Numbered from the stretch's first letter, positions 25,033 to 37,664 are shown. The stretch is DNA of 64,000 nucleotides from Squalus acanthias (GCA_030390025.1 CM059432.1:85252001-85316000), one strand, 5' to 3'. Made by a program: numbers and translations. The notes: a model not told the origin generated them from the sequence alone.

Positions 25033-25961
25033 AGGTTTGGCCTTTAAAAGCTAATTTTATGAATGCAAGCTTCTAATGTGAAGCCTCGTCTGCCAGGAGC
25101 ACAATCGGAGTGAATCGCAAACAGAGTGGAAGCTGAGAATTTGGTGATAGTAGGAATTCGGTGCAGAGGAGGAAGGCGGTTTCTCACGTCCAAATCAAAG
25201 GATGGAGTGGAGCCGCAGAACCTGAGGATTCTAAGATAGTTATCTAAGTTAAGTATCTAGATATCTAATATTTAGGTTCTTTTTTGTGTTTAGTGGTCTC
25301 AGTGGTTCTTGTTAAGCTTGAGTAAATAATTAGTATTTGGTTAGATCGCTTTGAGGAATGAATAGAAAAATAAGAGTTCAATTTAATACATTAAAATAGT
25401 TTAGTCCTAGTTAACAACAATTACATAAATCATCTTATATCTAACGATTTTTTTAAAGTTTCTAATTAGAATGGAGGGACAGCTGCGACCCGCAGACTGT
25501 AATTCCTGTGCCATGTGGGAACTTCAGTGTGTCCTGGAGACTCGTGTGTAGGAAGTGCCTCCAGTTGCTCGAGCTTACACCGAGGGTTCTGAGCTTGAGG
25601 GGCAGCTGGATTCACTGCAGGGCATATGGGTGGCTGAATGTTTCCTGGATCGCAGGTTCCAGAAGGTGGTCACCCCACAGCAACAAGGAGTGCAGATTAG
25701 CAAGTGGGTGACCACCCGGAAGAGTAGGAAGGGGCAGGCAGTGCAGGAATCCTCCGGGACTGACGCACTCTCAAACTGATATTCAGCATTGAATACCAGT
25801 GAGGGTGATGGAGGAGTGCAGTTCTGAGCCTGACACCATGAGGCAAAGGACTACTCAGGGGGGTACAGCAAAGTGTAGGAACACAGTAGTAATTGGAGAT
25901 TCAATAGTCAGGGGGATAGACAGGCAGTTCTGCTACCGCCGACATGAGACCCATATAGTAT

Positions 25962-26145
25962 GCACGCTGATTGACATCACGATCTGCTCATTTGAATTTG
26001 AGAGGCAACGGCAGCGCTATGGACCTGACCAAAATGGCGGCCACTATGTCCCGCACCGGAAGCAGGCGGAAGCGAGTTGGCCACCATTTTTTTTTCCCAA
26101 AATACGGTGCTAACGGTCGGTGGTAACGTAGAGAATTTCTAGACT
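25962..26145. mobile_element. Right-end fragment of a Harbinger-derived element
   Basis: ccaaaatggcggcc...ccggaagcaggcggaag...gaatttctag, resembling 62520-62635. Confidence 0.55.
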
Positions 26146-26880
26146 ATGGGATCCCGGGCTTTGTAAATAGAGCCATAGAGTAGAAAAGCCAGGAGGTTAT
26201 GCTAAATCTATCGGCATATTAACAATAAAAGGTTTGTCAGAGGACCGATTAGGGACCACAATGGAGATCTATAGGTGGAGGCAGATAAACCTATATAAAA
26301 CATTAATTTGGCTCCAGCTGGAGTATTGTTTCCAATTCTGGGATCCACACGTTAGGAAGGACGTGAAGGCTTTGGAGAGGGTAAAGAAGAGATTTACTAG
26401 AATGGTTCCGGGGATGAAGGATTACAGTTACGTGGATCGACTGGAGAAGCTGGGGTTGTTCTCCTTGCAGCAGAGAAGGTTAAGAGGAGATTTGATAGAG
26501 GTGTTTAAAGTCATGAACGGTTTAGATAGAGTAAATAAAGAGAAACTGGCCATGAAATTCGGCACCTTGGTGCTGGCTGATAAGGCCTGTTTCCGAGTAA
26601 AACCGGCAGCTGCCTCGCTTCTGCCCACTTCTGGCTGTTCCCGCAGTGGCTGCCTTTATGGGTAGATCGGCAGCACAGCTGTTGCCTGCACTCACTGGAG
26701 AAATGGTAATGAGGCAGATTGTGACTTTAATCAGTGTGCAACACTGATTTGATGTACGAACTGCCATTTTCAACGTCACCGCTCCATTCAATGCCCTCTC
26801 CAAGTCACGAACAGCTGAATATGCGTTCAGCAGCAGGAAGGACTCCCCACCAGCGTTGTTTAAAGGGATCAGTAACAGCT

Positions 26881-27294
26881 GCAGTTGTGGCTCAGTGGGT
26901 AGCAATCTAGGCTGACACTCCAGTACAATAGTGAGGGAGTGCTGCACTGTCGGAGGTGCCGTCTTTCAGATGAGAAGTTAAACCAAGGCCCCGTCTGCTC
27001 TCTCAGGAGGACATAAAAGATCCCATGGCACTGTTTTGAAGAAGAGCAAGGGAGTTATCCTTGGTGTCCTCGCCAATATTTATCCCTCAATCAAAATAAC
27101 ACAAAACAGATTATCTTGTCATTATCACATTGCTATTTGTGGGAGTTTGCTGTGCGCAATTGGCTGTCGCATTTCCTACATTACCACAGTGATAACAGTG
27201 ACTACACTTCAAAAGTACTTCATTGGCTGTAATGCGCTTTGGGACGTCCTGAGGTCGTGAAAAGCGCTATATAAATGCAAGCCTTTTTCTTTTT
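26881..27294 (+). mobile_element. DeuSINE (SacSINE1-like) with the B-box region deleted
   Basis: A box tggctcagtggg, Deu-like core aaaagatcccatggcact...ccaatatttatccctc and an L2-like tail. Internally deleted relative to 43085-43551. Confidence 0.85.
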
Positions 27295-27349
27295 ACAACT
27301 TGCAGCTGACTTACTTTTTGATTTGTACTGGCTCTTCGTAAGTTTGTGC

Positions 27350-28030
27350 AACTGTTTGGAGCCAAGGAGATGGAGCAGAGGCAGCGAAGAAGAGGACAAG
27401 CTGCTTGCAGAGAGAGGAGGAGAAAGGGCAGGAGGGCTCTCAGCAGGAGGCCTTACCCACCTAGGGTCTTCAGGGAGCACTACTCCTACCTGCACTTAAG
27501 CCAGGAGCAGTGTATTACGAGGCTCTGTTTCACCAAGGAGTTGGTCACAGAACTCTGCCACCTCTTAGAACCTGACCTGTAGCCTCAGAGCAGGGTGACG
27601 ACGGCACTGCCAGTGGCTCTCAAGGTCACCATTGCCTTAACTTTTTTCGCCACCGGATCCTTCCAGTCTGAAGCAGGGGACATAGCTAACATCTCCCAGT
27701 TCGCCATCCATTGCTGCATCCGGGAGGTCACAGAGGCTCTGTACTCCAGGAGAAGGGTCTTCATTGTCTTCACTCTGAACAGAGAGAAGCAGGAGAAGCA
27801 CGCATGTGACTTTGCCAGGATATCGGGCTTCCCCATGGTGCAGGGCACCATCGACTGCACACACATGGCTTTGCGGGTGCCGTATACCAATCCTGAGATG
27901 TACCGTAACCGCAAAGGCTACCACTCACTTAATGTACAGTTGGTGTACGACCATACCCAGCACATCATAATAGTGAATGCCCAATATCCTGGCAGCTGTC
28001 ATGATGCCTTCAACCTGCGCCAGTCCGGTG
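27350..28030 (+). pseudogene. Harbinger/HARBI1-like transposase, N-terminal and first catalytic half
   Basis: RRPYPPRVFRE, ALTFFATGSFQ, QGTIDCTHMAL, YRNRKGYHSLNVQLV and YPGSCHDAF. An in-frame stop occurs at 27580-27582 and the C-terminal half is missing. Confidence 0.9.
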
Positions 28031-28425
28031 CTATGAGACCCTGCAAGCCCCTTTCGACACTCATAAACCCAGCAATGATGGCAGCAGTGTGTGAGGTTAG
28101 TGGTGCAGTTGGTGGGATATGGCATCTGAAGATACATTCACTCAACTTGACCACTCATGTGAGGTCATTAAACTTCTTGCGGCACTGGATCCAGGTCCAG
28201 GGGACAACTCTCGTGACACTGACAGCTGTGCTATTTCCTCCCACAGCCTTCTGGTATGCTGCTTGGAAGGCCTCCTGCCCCCCTGCAGGGAGAGGACCCC
28301 ACGTTGTCTGTGAACCCCCAGGACCAAACCTCCAGTGCCGCATCAGAAAACCTCCTTGCGCTCTCTAGGAACATAGGAACAGGAGTACATCATTCAGCCC
28401 CTCAAGCCTGTTCCACCATTCAATG

Positions 28426-29491
28426 AGAAAATTGAGGCTCATGGAATAGGTGGGTCAGTGGCAGCTTGGATAAGGAATTGGCTTAAGGACAGAAAACAGC
28501 GAGTTGTGGTAAATGGCTGTTTTTCAGACTGGAGGATGGTAGACAGTGGTGTTCCCCAACGGTCAGTGCTGGGGCCACTGCTTTATTTGATATATATAAA
28601 TGACCTGGATATTGGAATATAGAGTAGAATTTCTAAATTTGCCGATGACACCAAACTTGGGGGTGTGGCAAACTGAGGATAATACCAATCGACTGCAACA
28701 GGACATAGAAAGGCTAGCAGAATGGGCAGACAAGTGGCAGATGGAATTTAATACAGAGAAGTGTGAGGTGATGCATTTTGGCAGAAGGAACAGGGAGAGG
28801 CAATATACACTTAATGACACAGTTTTAAAGAGTGTGCAGGGACAGAGGGACCTGGGAGTTAATGTGCATAGGTCCCTGAAGGTGGCGGGACATATTGAGA
28901 GAGTGGTTAGCAAAGCATATGGGATCTGGGGCTTCATTAATAGAGGTATTGAGTACAAAAGTAGAGAAGTTATGCTGAACCTTTATAAAACGCTGGTTAG
29001 GCCACAACTGGAGTATTGCGTCCAGTTCTGGTCACCACACATTAGGAAGGATGTGAAAGCACTTGAGAGGGTGCAGAGGAGATTTACCAGAATGGTTCCG
29101 GGGATGGGGGATCTTAGCTACAAGGACAGGTTGGAGAAGCTGGATTTGTTTTCATTAGAGCAAAGGAGGTTGCGGGGTGATTTGACAGAGGTGTACAAGA
29201 TTATGACAGGTTTTGGATAGGCTAGACGGGGAAAGGCTGTTCCCACTAGTTAATGGTACAAGGTTTTTTTACGCAGCGAGTGGTGAGGACCTGGAATTCA
29301 CTGCCGACGGAAGTGGTGGAAGCGAAGACACTCAATGTTTTCAAGGGGAGACTGGATAGGCACTTAAGGGAAATAAACTTGCAGGGCTACGGGGATTGAG
29401 TGGGGGAATGGGACTGATTGGATTGCTCTACAGAGAGCCGGCACGGACTTGATGGGCCGAATGGCCTCCTTCTGTGCCGTTATGACTCTAT
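28426..29491 (+). mobile_element. CR1 LINE 3' portion nested in the antisense CR1
   Basis: FADDTKL, WQMEFNTEKCEVMHFG and [13 protein letters not shown], with tail ttatgactctatg. Confidence 0.88.
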
Positions 29492-29884
29492 GGCTGATTT
29501 GCGATCTAACTCCATATACCTGCCTCTGGTCCATATCCTTTAATACCTTTGGTTAACAAAAAGCTAGCAATCTCCGATTTAAAATTAACAATTGATCTAG
29601 CATCAATTGCCGTTTGCAGAAGAGCGTTCCAAACTTCTACCACCCTTTGTGTGTAGAAGTGTTTCCTAATTTCACTCCTGAAAGGTCTGGCTCTAATTGT
29701 TAGACTATGCCCGCTAGTCCTAGAATCCCCAACCAGCGGAAATAGTTTATCTCTATCTACCCTATCTGTTCCCCTTAATATCCTGAAAACTTTGATCAGA
29801 TCACCCCTTAACCTTCTAAATTCTAGAGAATACAATCCTAATTTGTGTAATCTCTCCTCGTAACTTAACCCTTGAAGTCCAGGT

Positions 29885-31035
29885 TGAAGGGATAATTACT
29901 AGTCCTAGCCCCTTTTGGGCTACCCCGGATCAGGCGTATTTCTCAGACGTTCACTTTCAATTAAAGTTTGAGGTAGCCGAATCCTAAAGACGCTTAATTG
30001 GGCCTAAAGGTCCAGGCTATCTCTCCCTAAAGGAAAGGAACAACCCGAGAATGTTACCGTCCTCCAGATAGCGCTTTTAATAAGTTTAGCTAGACTGTAA
30101 CGTCCCGGATATTATGAGGGTCCGGAAAACTCCCTCAGAATTCTGTAACTCTTCACCAGAGTGTACAGCGATTGAGTTTGCGAGTTTTTGATACAGAAGA
30201 CTTATGTGAGACAATTCTAAAAATATATAGAGATTTATTAAAAGAACCGACATGCAATTTACAGTTGGTGAATCAGTCAATCGCAACGTTAACAGTTCTA
30301 AAAAGAGAAAAAATACTACCTTATTATTAACAGAGAATCTTACTTTTAAATCTTAACTTCGCTACAGTATTACAGTTCTTAAAGTTTTCTATACAGGATA
30401 TCCATCAACATCAAATACCTTTGATCCCCAAGGTACAAAGAGTGGTAGACCACAGAGCCTGCCTCTAGCCGAGAATCGCCTTGCCCGATTAAAGCGACTC
30501 TGATATCCCATTTGAGAGTTCAATATTTATACCCTTTTTCAGTGGTAATTTCTTTAAAGTTTCTGCTGACCCAAGTTAATTATCCCTATTCATCTTTCTG
30601 CCGACCTCTGCAATTCTTACTGCCACATCAGCTTGTAATATTACAGAATCTTGTCTCATCGCCAGGTGTTCTGAGTTTACCATATTGAACGGTGTGAAAG
30701 GCAGGTGTTTCTTATTTTATGTCATCTTTACGAGGGCAGGTGTTCTTTATCTTATGTGCCATCTTTACGAAGTTTAAATTAGAACACCTTATCCAGGGTG
30801 AACCATTGTTTTTGTTCCCAAAGGTCAGCCTGTCAGAGCCATGCACCTTCTGTTTCAATAAGGTTATTTATCCAGGGTCAACAACTGTCTTATCTCAATA
30901 GCCAGAATTCTTTCATAGCTATTTCATAGTTAGGTTTCTAAATTTCCAAACCCAGTTTGCCATGTTTTAATAAGGCCAGAATTATTTCATAAGATAGTGT
31001 CTTTTTCTAAATAGGTTATATGGCTTATTCCTTCA
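29885..31035 (-). mobile_element. Solo LTR (1151 bp), ERV or LTR retrotransposon
   Basis: TG...CA ends with a 10/11 inverted repeat tgaagggataa / ttattccttca and 5-bp flanks caggt / caggg. Minus strand has TATAAA (30526-30531) and AATAAA (30234-30239). It interrupts the CR1 cleanly. Confidence 0.78.
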
Positions 31036-32544
31036 CAGGGTATCATTCTGGTAAACCTACGCTGCACTCCCTCCAAGGTTAATATATCCTTCCTAAGGTG
31101 TGGTGACCAGAACTGCTCACAGTACTCCAGGTGTGGTCTAAAAGGGTTTTGTATAGCTGCAGCATAACTTCTATCCCCTTGTACTCTAAAGGCCAGCATT
31201 CCTTTAGATTTTTTGATTATTTCCTGTACCTGTTCATGACATTTTAATGTTCTATGTACCTGAACCCCCAAGTCTCTTTGGACATCCACTGTTTTTAGCT
31301 TTTCACCATTTAGAAAGTACCCTGTTCTATCCTTTTTTGGTCCAAAGTGGATGACCTCACATTTGCTTACATTGAAATCCATTTGCCACAGTCCTTGTTG
31401 GGTCATGGCTTCATCCAGAGTGACAATGAGGTGCTTCTGCAACAAAGCACCTCCCCTTTAAGTAGCACCGAGAGCCTGGGCCAAATTTTATTGGCCAGTA
31501 GACTGCACCCGATATTGCCCCCCCCCCCCCCACCCCCGTTCAACGCTATGCCAACTAGCAGCATGTTTAACGCTGAGATCAGCGTTCCAATCATTATAAT
31601 GAGCAGGCAGCTCGAATTTTGCATGCTGCCTGCACCACTTTGACCGGGCGCAGGCACATCATGCTCTTGCGCCCGTTTTTAGGCTTTATCCAATTTCACC
31701 CCCACTGTTTCCATTGGCTGATGGGTCGAAAACCATAGGGCACAGGCTTAGGTGATTGGCAAAAGAACCAGAGGCGACATGAGGAAAGCTTTTTTACGCA
31801 ACGAGTGGTTAGGATTTGAAATGCACTGCCTGATAGACTGGTGGATACAGATTCAATAGTAGCTTTCAAAAGGGAATTGGAGAAAAAATTGCGGGATATC
31901 GGGAAAGACCGGGGGAGTGGAACTAACTGGATTGCTCTTTGAATGAGCCGGCACAGACTCGATGGGCCAAATGGCCTTTTTCTGTGCTATGCTATTCTAT
32001 GGTTCTGTGCTATTTTGAAAAGCACAGGTACACTTCCTATGATCTGTATAATGGATAGAAAATTGTGGGGACTGCACCCACAAATTCCTGATACATGCTC
32101 CTGGCAGGCAAGTTTATGCACCAGGAGCAGCATTCATAATATCAGCCCTTTAGTCTGCACTTAGTAGTAAAGTATATCCACAACCGACAAGACAATTTCA
32201 CAACATGCAAATGGCAAACACAGCAACAAAACCCATTCAACATGTGCACCATTAGTAATTTACTTAGTAAAATTAATTCACTTTGAATATTATCTGTCAT
32301 TATTTCTATGCGCAGAAAGTAAGTTGTCAGTTGTTCAAAAGTTAAACAAACAAAATTTATGAAGCATGCAGCAAAAAAAAAATGAGGATGACAAATATCG
32401 TACCATATCCAGTCAAAAGAAAATAATAATGTTCAGTTGCTGATTTCACGGGAATAACCTTCACAAACCTGTCACTCTGCTTGCAATAACAAATCTACTG
32501 CTCATCCTTGCTAAGGTGTTTGTAGCAAGGTGACTTGCTTCCTT

Positions 32545-33030
32545 TCCCCGCCACCTTCCCGTGCAAGCACATGAGATACAATTCCTGCCCATTCACCTCC
32601 TCTGACATCACTGTCTAGCGCCTCAACCACTGCTACTGGGTGATATAGCAGTTTACAGTTATGTCCTCCAATCTAGTGTACTGTATTTTCTGCTCATGTT
32701 GTGGTCTCCTCTACATCGGGGGTCCAAACACAGATTAGGTGACTACTTTGCTGAACACAAACATTCTGTCTGCAAGTGTGACCCTGAGCTCTTTGTTGCT
32801 TGCTACTTATTTCCTATTTCTTTTCCCGTACACGTGGTTGTGCTTTTTTTTCCCCTTTCCCTTGTTCTTTTTTATTAAATGCTGGTCATCAAGCAATATC
32901 TTCCAGTTCTGAGGTCCATACCCAAAACATCTTGTGTGTTCTCTCCCCCAATGCTGCCTGATCTGCTGAGTGTGGCCCGCATTTTCTGTTTTTTGTTTTG
33001 GATTTCCAGCATCTGTGGTATTTTGCTTTG
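32545..33030 (+). mobile_element. Decayed Penelope-like 3' fragment
   Basis: Resembles 58530-59302 (ttcccgtgcaagc, tagtgtactgtatt, atgctgcctgatctgctgag...tttccagcatct). Confidence 0.7.
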
Positions 33031-33068
33031 TGTCCATAATTTGTATTGCTTGGTGAAGGAAACACAAA

Positions 33069-33253
33069 GGCCTAGAAATTCGTCTCGGGAGGTGCCGCAA
33101 AACGAGCGGTATCAGATCGACTGCCTGTTACACTCAGCGCCTAATATTCAGTTGCATTGACTCAATGGAACTGAATATCAGCCGCTGCGTATAACGGGCG
33201 GCCGATCCAATACCATCCGTTTTGCGCTACTGCCTGAGATGAATTTCTAGGCG
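33069..33253. mobile_element. Short fold-back MITE
   Basis: TIR gcctagaaattcgtctcgg / ctgagatgaatttctaggc. The whole element is an imperfect palindrome centred on cattgactcaatg. Confidence 0.8.
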
Positions 33254-33733
33254 AAAAGCTCTTTAAGCTGCTAACCACCTGTGTTGTGCCTGATGAGACT
33301 ATCATTTGCTAAGTCCCTGTGCTTCATTATGACATATTACTAAACTTGTTGCTGTTAGACAAAAAATGTAGTAATATGTCACAATATAATATATCAATGA
33401 TTAAGTGCAGCAATGTTTTTCATCCAAAAGATAACCACTCAAACTTGAAGTTACTGTGACAGGTTGCTATCTGTTTTGTTAAATAGCTATCATTCTATGC
33501 TAACAGCTCAATGAAACGTAAAGTATGAATTTCTAAGACCAGCAAGAACCAAATGCTGTCCATGTGAATATACAGTATTCTGTGATTAATGTAATTTGTG
33601 GTTTTAGGCTGAGGCTGCCACCCTGATTCAACTCTGAATTCTGCCTGTCAAAATTGTGGCACATAAAATCCATTTTGAATATAGCCATTTCAGTTCATTT
33701 CCGAATGCCCCATGTTTATATTTGTTCTCAGTA

Positions 33734-34355
33734 GGCCTGAAAATACAGGAGCCCGGGCGAGTGCTATAGTGGTGTGCCGTCTGGAATTTGAACCGGGACT
33801 CCATTTTGCCGAGTTTCCATCTTTTTTGTGCGCTACCAAATTCCACTGGAAATAGGGGTGGGTGCTTCTTTGTCTGCGTCACTGGAAAAGATAGGACTGG
33901 CGGAATATGTCATTCTCAGTTCATACGTACCAATTTACAGAACTCAGAAGAGCTGATGAACAGCTTCAAAAAAGCTAACAAAAAGCCCCGAAAAGCTGAC
34001 ATAAAACAACATATAACTGAAAGAAGAGCCACAAATGAAGGCCTATGACCAAGGTTACTGTTTTAAGGCCAATAACTAAGGTTACTGCTTCAAAATGACA
34101 GAATAAAAAAAGTGATCAGTTGAAAGTTATGAAAATTTTAGCAGCTTCAGGTCACCTTTAGCTGGTATAGCTGACCTCTTTAATGTTACGGCCAGGTGAT
34201 GATCCAAAACTTCTGCCCCTCCTCAAGCACCCTCCCTCTTTATGCCCCTGATTCCAAGGTTTGGGATGGGGGCCAAGGTGCTCCAAGCTGGCAGATAGAA
34301 GTTCTGCCCTGCCAAGGATCAACTGCCATTGTGGCTTGACAGGAATTTCTAGCCT
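33734..34355. mobile_element. Probable decayed MITE
   Basis: Ends ggcctgaaaatac / gaatttctagcc resemble other TIRs in the window. Confidence 0.4.
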
Positions 34356-36444
34356 AATGTTTCTAAACTGCTTCTTTCAACAATACATAATTTCCCCAGT
34401 TCATTATAATTTGTTGATTCAAACAAAATACCCAGACTAACAAATATCTGCCATTTACATCGTTTTTTTCTGATTAGAAATGTGAAGGTAATTGTAGATT
34501 CAAATATTATCCTTTACTGTGGAATTATAACTGAGCAAAACTTTATTACCACTCAACAAATTTGTTTTTTTATTTACTAACCAATTCTCTAGAAGGTAAC
34601 ATAACAATAATCAGTTATCTAAACCCAAAAGATGGGAATGTTCCCATAGTTTAGAATCAGCTGCAATTTTTTGTTTAAACCTTTCAAAACAGTGTCAGCT
34701 GACTAACTGTATTTTTTCATGTTCAGGACAAGCCAACTAAAAAATTCTCATATTATTTTGAAATTCTTTCCAAAATCAAATTCTGCATTTTACTCTCAAA
34801 AAATTCAAAATACTGCATAAATGCTCTTATTAGAAAATCTTCCATTCATGCCTGTTACTCATGGCAGCTCTTATTTCTGACACTTAGAAAATTAGCCTAT
34901 TATGGATAGCCTTAGGGAATTTGATTCCAAGGACTTGCAACTCTACATAAAACAAATGTTGATAATTTAAACAAAGCATTAAATTGAAACAGCAGATGTG
35001 CAAACACTGCTAAGAACAGGATAAATTTATCACAATGCCTTTTGATATTTGCTTATATATTATGTGAAGAAATGTAAAAGGCCATCAGTAAAACAGTGCA
35101 GGGCTTTCCCAGACAAAATTAGCATAAGATAAAATAAAAAGCTCTCTTTCAGAGAAAGCAGTAAATATTAATGCAGCTCTGAGTATCTAACTTATTGCAG
35201 ATTGAATTTTTCTTACCTTCTTACAGCTTTTTGTAAATCAGATTTATTATTGGCCTTTTTGTAAATGTGCTTATCAAGGTGAGAGATGCTCGTGCTGGGG
35301 AATAGAATACTTGTGATGGGTTTTGTAATATCCCCACTTTTCAACACCTTTGTCATTAAAATTACATAAACTTTTTTTTAATTCAGTGAATCAAACTGTT
35401 ATTTTCACTGTATCAGGGTGGCTTGGTAGATCTAGTGGCAGAATACTGGACTCCCACATAGAGGGCCTAGACAGGTACTGGAGCTCTTCATTCTTAATTG
35501 ATAAGATTTCCTAGCTTTGAACCGGATCATTAAATGGAGTACTTCATGATAAAAGAATGCTCTGTTTAAGAAAGTGTGGTGAATACAGAATTAATTTTGG
35601 CTCATAAAAGTGAGAAAAAGAGAGAACCTAAGCCACGGAGTTTCATCTCCTTTAGACACATGTTAACCTGTTTGGCATTGCTGATCTCCCCCCTTCCATT
35701 GCCTAAATGGTTTGAAAAGAAGTAAACCTCCTGTCAGTCTATTACAGAATTATATTGTCAATCGTTGTTGATTTTCTTGACTGAACCATTCTTCTATCTG
35801 TAGCACAAGTCAGTGCAGCAAAGAGGAAACATAATGTACTGTCTTGCTGATATTTTGGCTATCATCACATAGTTGAAGAAAGTTTGAAATATAGGAGCCA
35901 TTGTGAGATCAGAAAGGCCATGCTGACCTGGGAGCAACAGAAAATATATCAGACACAGGTATTAAAGTTAAATGAGGTTCAATTAAAATAATGTCCATTC
36001 ACCTCTGGTACCTGTTTTTGAATCTGTACCAGATGCAAAGGATAAATGTCTCTCACTGATGGCTATGATGCAATGAATTTGGGTACAAATGAGTTCCTAG
36101 TGGGCACAAGTCTAAAAAACAAAATTATTTGTTTTCAGTATTACTTGTACCAGCAGCGGTAAAATCAAATTAGTTCTTTCAGTAATACTACTTCCAGTTA
36201 CCACCAAATGGACTATTGGAGCTCAATCTTTCCTTACAGATTTCATTTAACTCTCACTGTTCCTAATCTTTGTTAGTCTCAGGCATTGTGTCTTTGACTT
36301 GACTCAGTATAATGTTGTATGACTGGTGATTATTTTTAATAATTCACAATTATCATGTCATTATCTTGCTGAGGTTAAATAGTTGATTTTTATTTCTGTT
36401 TCTCTTCTCTGTTATTTCTTGCATTTGTGATTGGATCACATAGC

Positions 36445-36672
36445 ATTACTTAGAATCTACAGCACAGAAACAGGCCATTCGGCCCAACTGGTCTCTGCTG
36501 GCATTTATGCTCTACATTAGCCTCCTCCCACCTCTCTTCATCTAACCCTATCAGCATATACTTCCATTCCTTTCTCCTTTATATGCTTACCTAGCTTCCC
36601 CTAAATGCACCTATGCTATTCGCCTCAAATACCTTTTGTGGTAGCAAGTTCCACATTCTTACCAGTCTTTGG
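36445..36672 (-). mobile_element. CR1 3' UTR fragment
   Basis: Collinear with 12930-13160. Confidence 0.8.
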
Positions 36673-36823
36673 GGTACATGTAGAATAATCTTATTTTTAA
36701 TAAAAGCTGGTGGCGCAATGGTTCTTTTATCTCATTTTGGGAAATCACCATAAGCATGGACTTAACAAAGTCTTGAAACCAACCAGAAACCAATACAGTT
36801 CATAACGATCTGTTTTAAACATA

Positions 36824-37664
36824 AAGATTTTGCCAATGGGGGCACGTTGGAGGCGGGACTGCTGCTTGCCAGGTTTTAGTCCCGCCTCCATTGACTTGTG
36901 GCCAACCCACGCTAATTTCCCTTGATTGACCTTGTTAAGCCTGCCCAGCGGGCTTAGCAGGCCAATTAAGGGGAAGCTGGTTACAGAGAACGCCAGCGTA
37001 TGACGTTTCATCTGTCAAAAATTTTTGACAGATGAATTGTCATCGTTTGACAGCTCTGTGAAGCTGTCAAACACTGACATTCTCTGTTGTTTGATGAGTT
37101 CTTGTATTCAAGACTCATCAAACCTCTTTTGTGAGCAGAAATTAGATGGCTGTTGCATCGGAGAATGCAGCAGCCATCTGTCATCTCTGCTGGTGAGATG
37201 CGAGAGTCTCCGGTTCCCTAACTGTTGAAGCCTGCAGGAAGAAACAAAGGTAAGTAAACTTTTTCTATCACTTTTCACTCACCTCACATACTTACCTCTC
37301 CACACTTGCACCCATCATTTACCTCCACAGCACACTTTTGCACCCCGCAGACCCCCGCAGACCCACTGCTCGCCTCGGTGACCCTGGCGGGGTTTTCCAA
37401 CGTCGGGAAGCCTGCGCCTCTGGTGGCAAAATGGGGATAATCCTTTTAACTGCCTGTTAACTACCTGTTATCAGGCAGTTAAGTGGCTGTAATCCCCTTC
37501 CCGCCTCCAGCAGACGGGACCCAGCGCGGGTCGGCTACCCGCCTCCTGGGAAGATGGCACGGAGGCGGGTTGGGGGCGGGATGGGTACCCGCCCCTAGAT
37601 TCTGCCATTTTCCCGGCAGTCCCGCCTCCAAACCCGCCTCCCCAGGGCTGGCAAAATCCAGCCC
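36824..37664. mobile_element. Harbinger-derived MITE
   Basis: Ends gattttgcca / tggcaaaatccagccc. The internal gttaagcctgcccagc block resembles family C, and TGACAG hairpins are present. Confidence 0.65.

Larger units (their letters stand above)
28366..31392 (-). mobile_element. CR1 LINE inserted in the Myb/SANT start region of the Harbinger
   Basis: Tail taggaacataggaac at 28366. The element resumes at 29490 and 31036. The flanks rejoin on the minus strand as MTQQG|RERARRFSDAALE. Confidence 0.82.
26548..31703. mobile_element. Harbinger transposon (internally deleted) carrying nested SINE, CR1s and an LTR
   Basis: Ends ggccatgaaattc / caatttcaccccc with TSD act (26545-26547, 31704-31706). 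Removing it restores the CR1 sequence gagaaactgtttcca. Confidence 0.82.
25040..32010 (+). mobile_element. Rearranged CR1: ORF1 remnant plus 3' ORF2/UTR, split by a Harbinger insertion
   Basis: ORF1 from about 25471 reads CNSCAMWE..CRKC..VSELEGQL, with esterase motif VVIGDSIVRG. The ORF2 end at 26146-26547 resumes at 31707, and the tail is near 32000. The ORF1 and ORF2 parts may be separate copies. Confidence 0.72.

Noticed and set aside
27595..28368. 258-codon ORF as a domesticated HARBI1 gene
   Set aside because: There is an upstream in-frame stop and the second half of the catalytic domain is deleted. The C-terminus is read-through into antisense Myb sequence, and it lies within TIRs and a TSD.
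35217..35356. Possible minus-strand exon (about 46 open codons ending at gaag|gtaaga)
   Set aside because: It has no recognisable protein similarity and no partner exons, and could arise by chance in AT-rich DNA.
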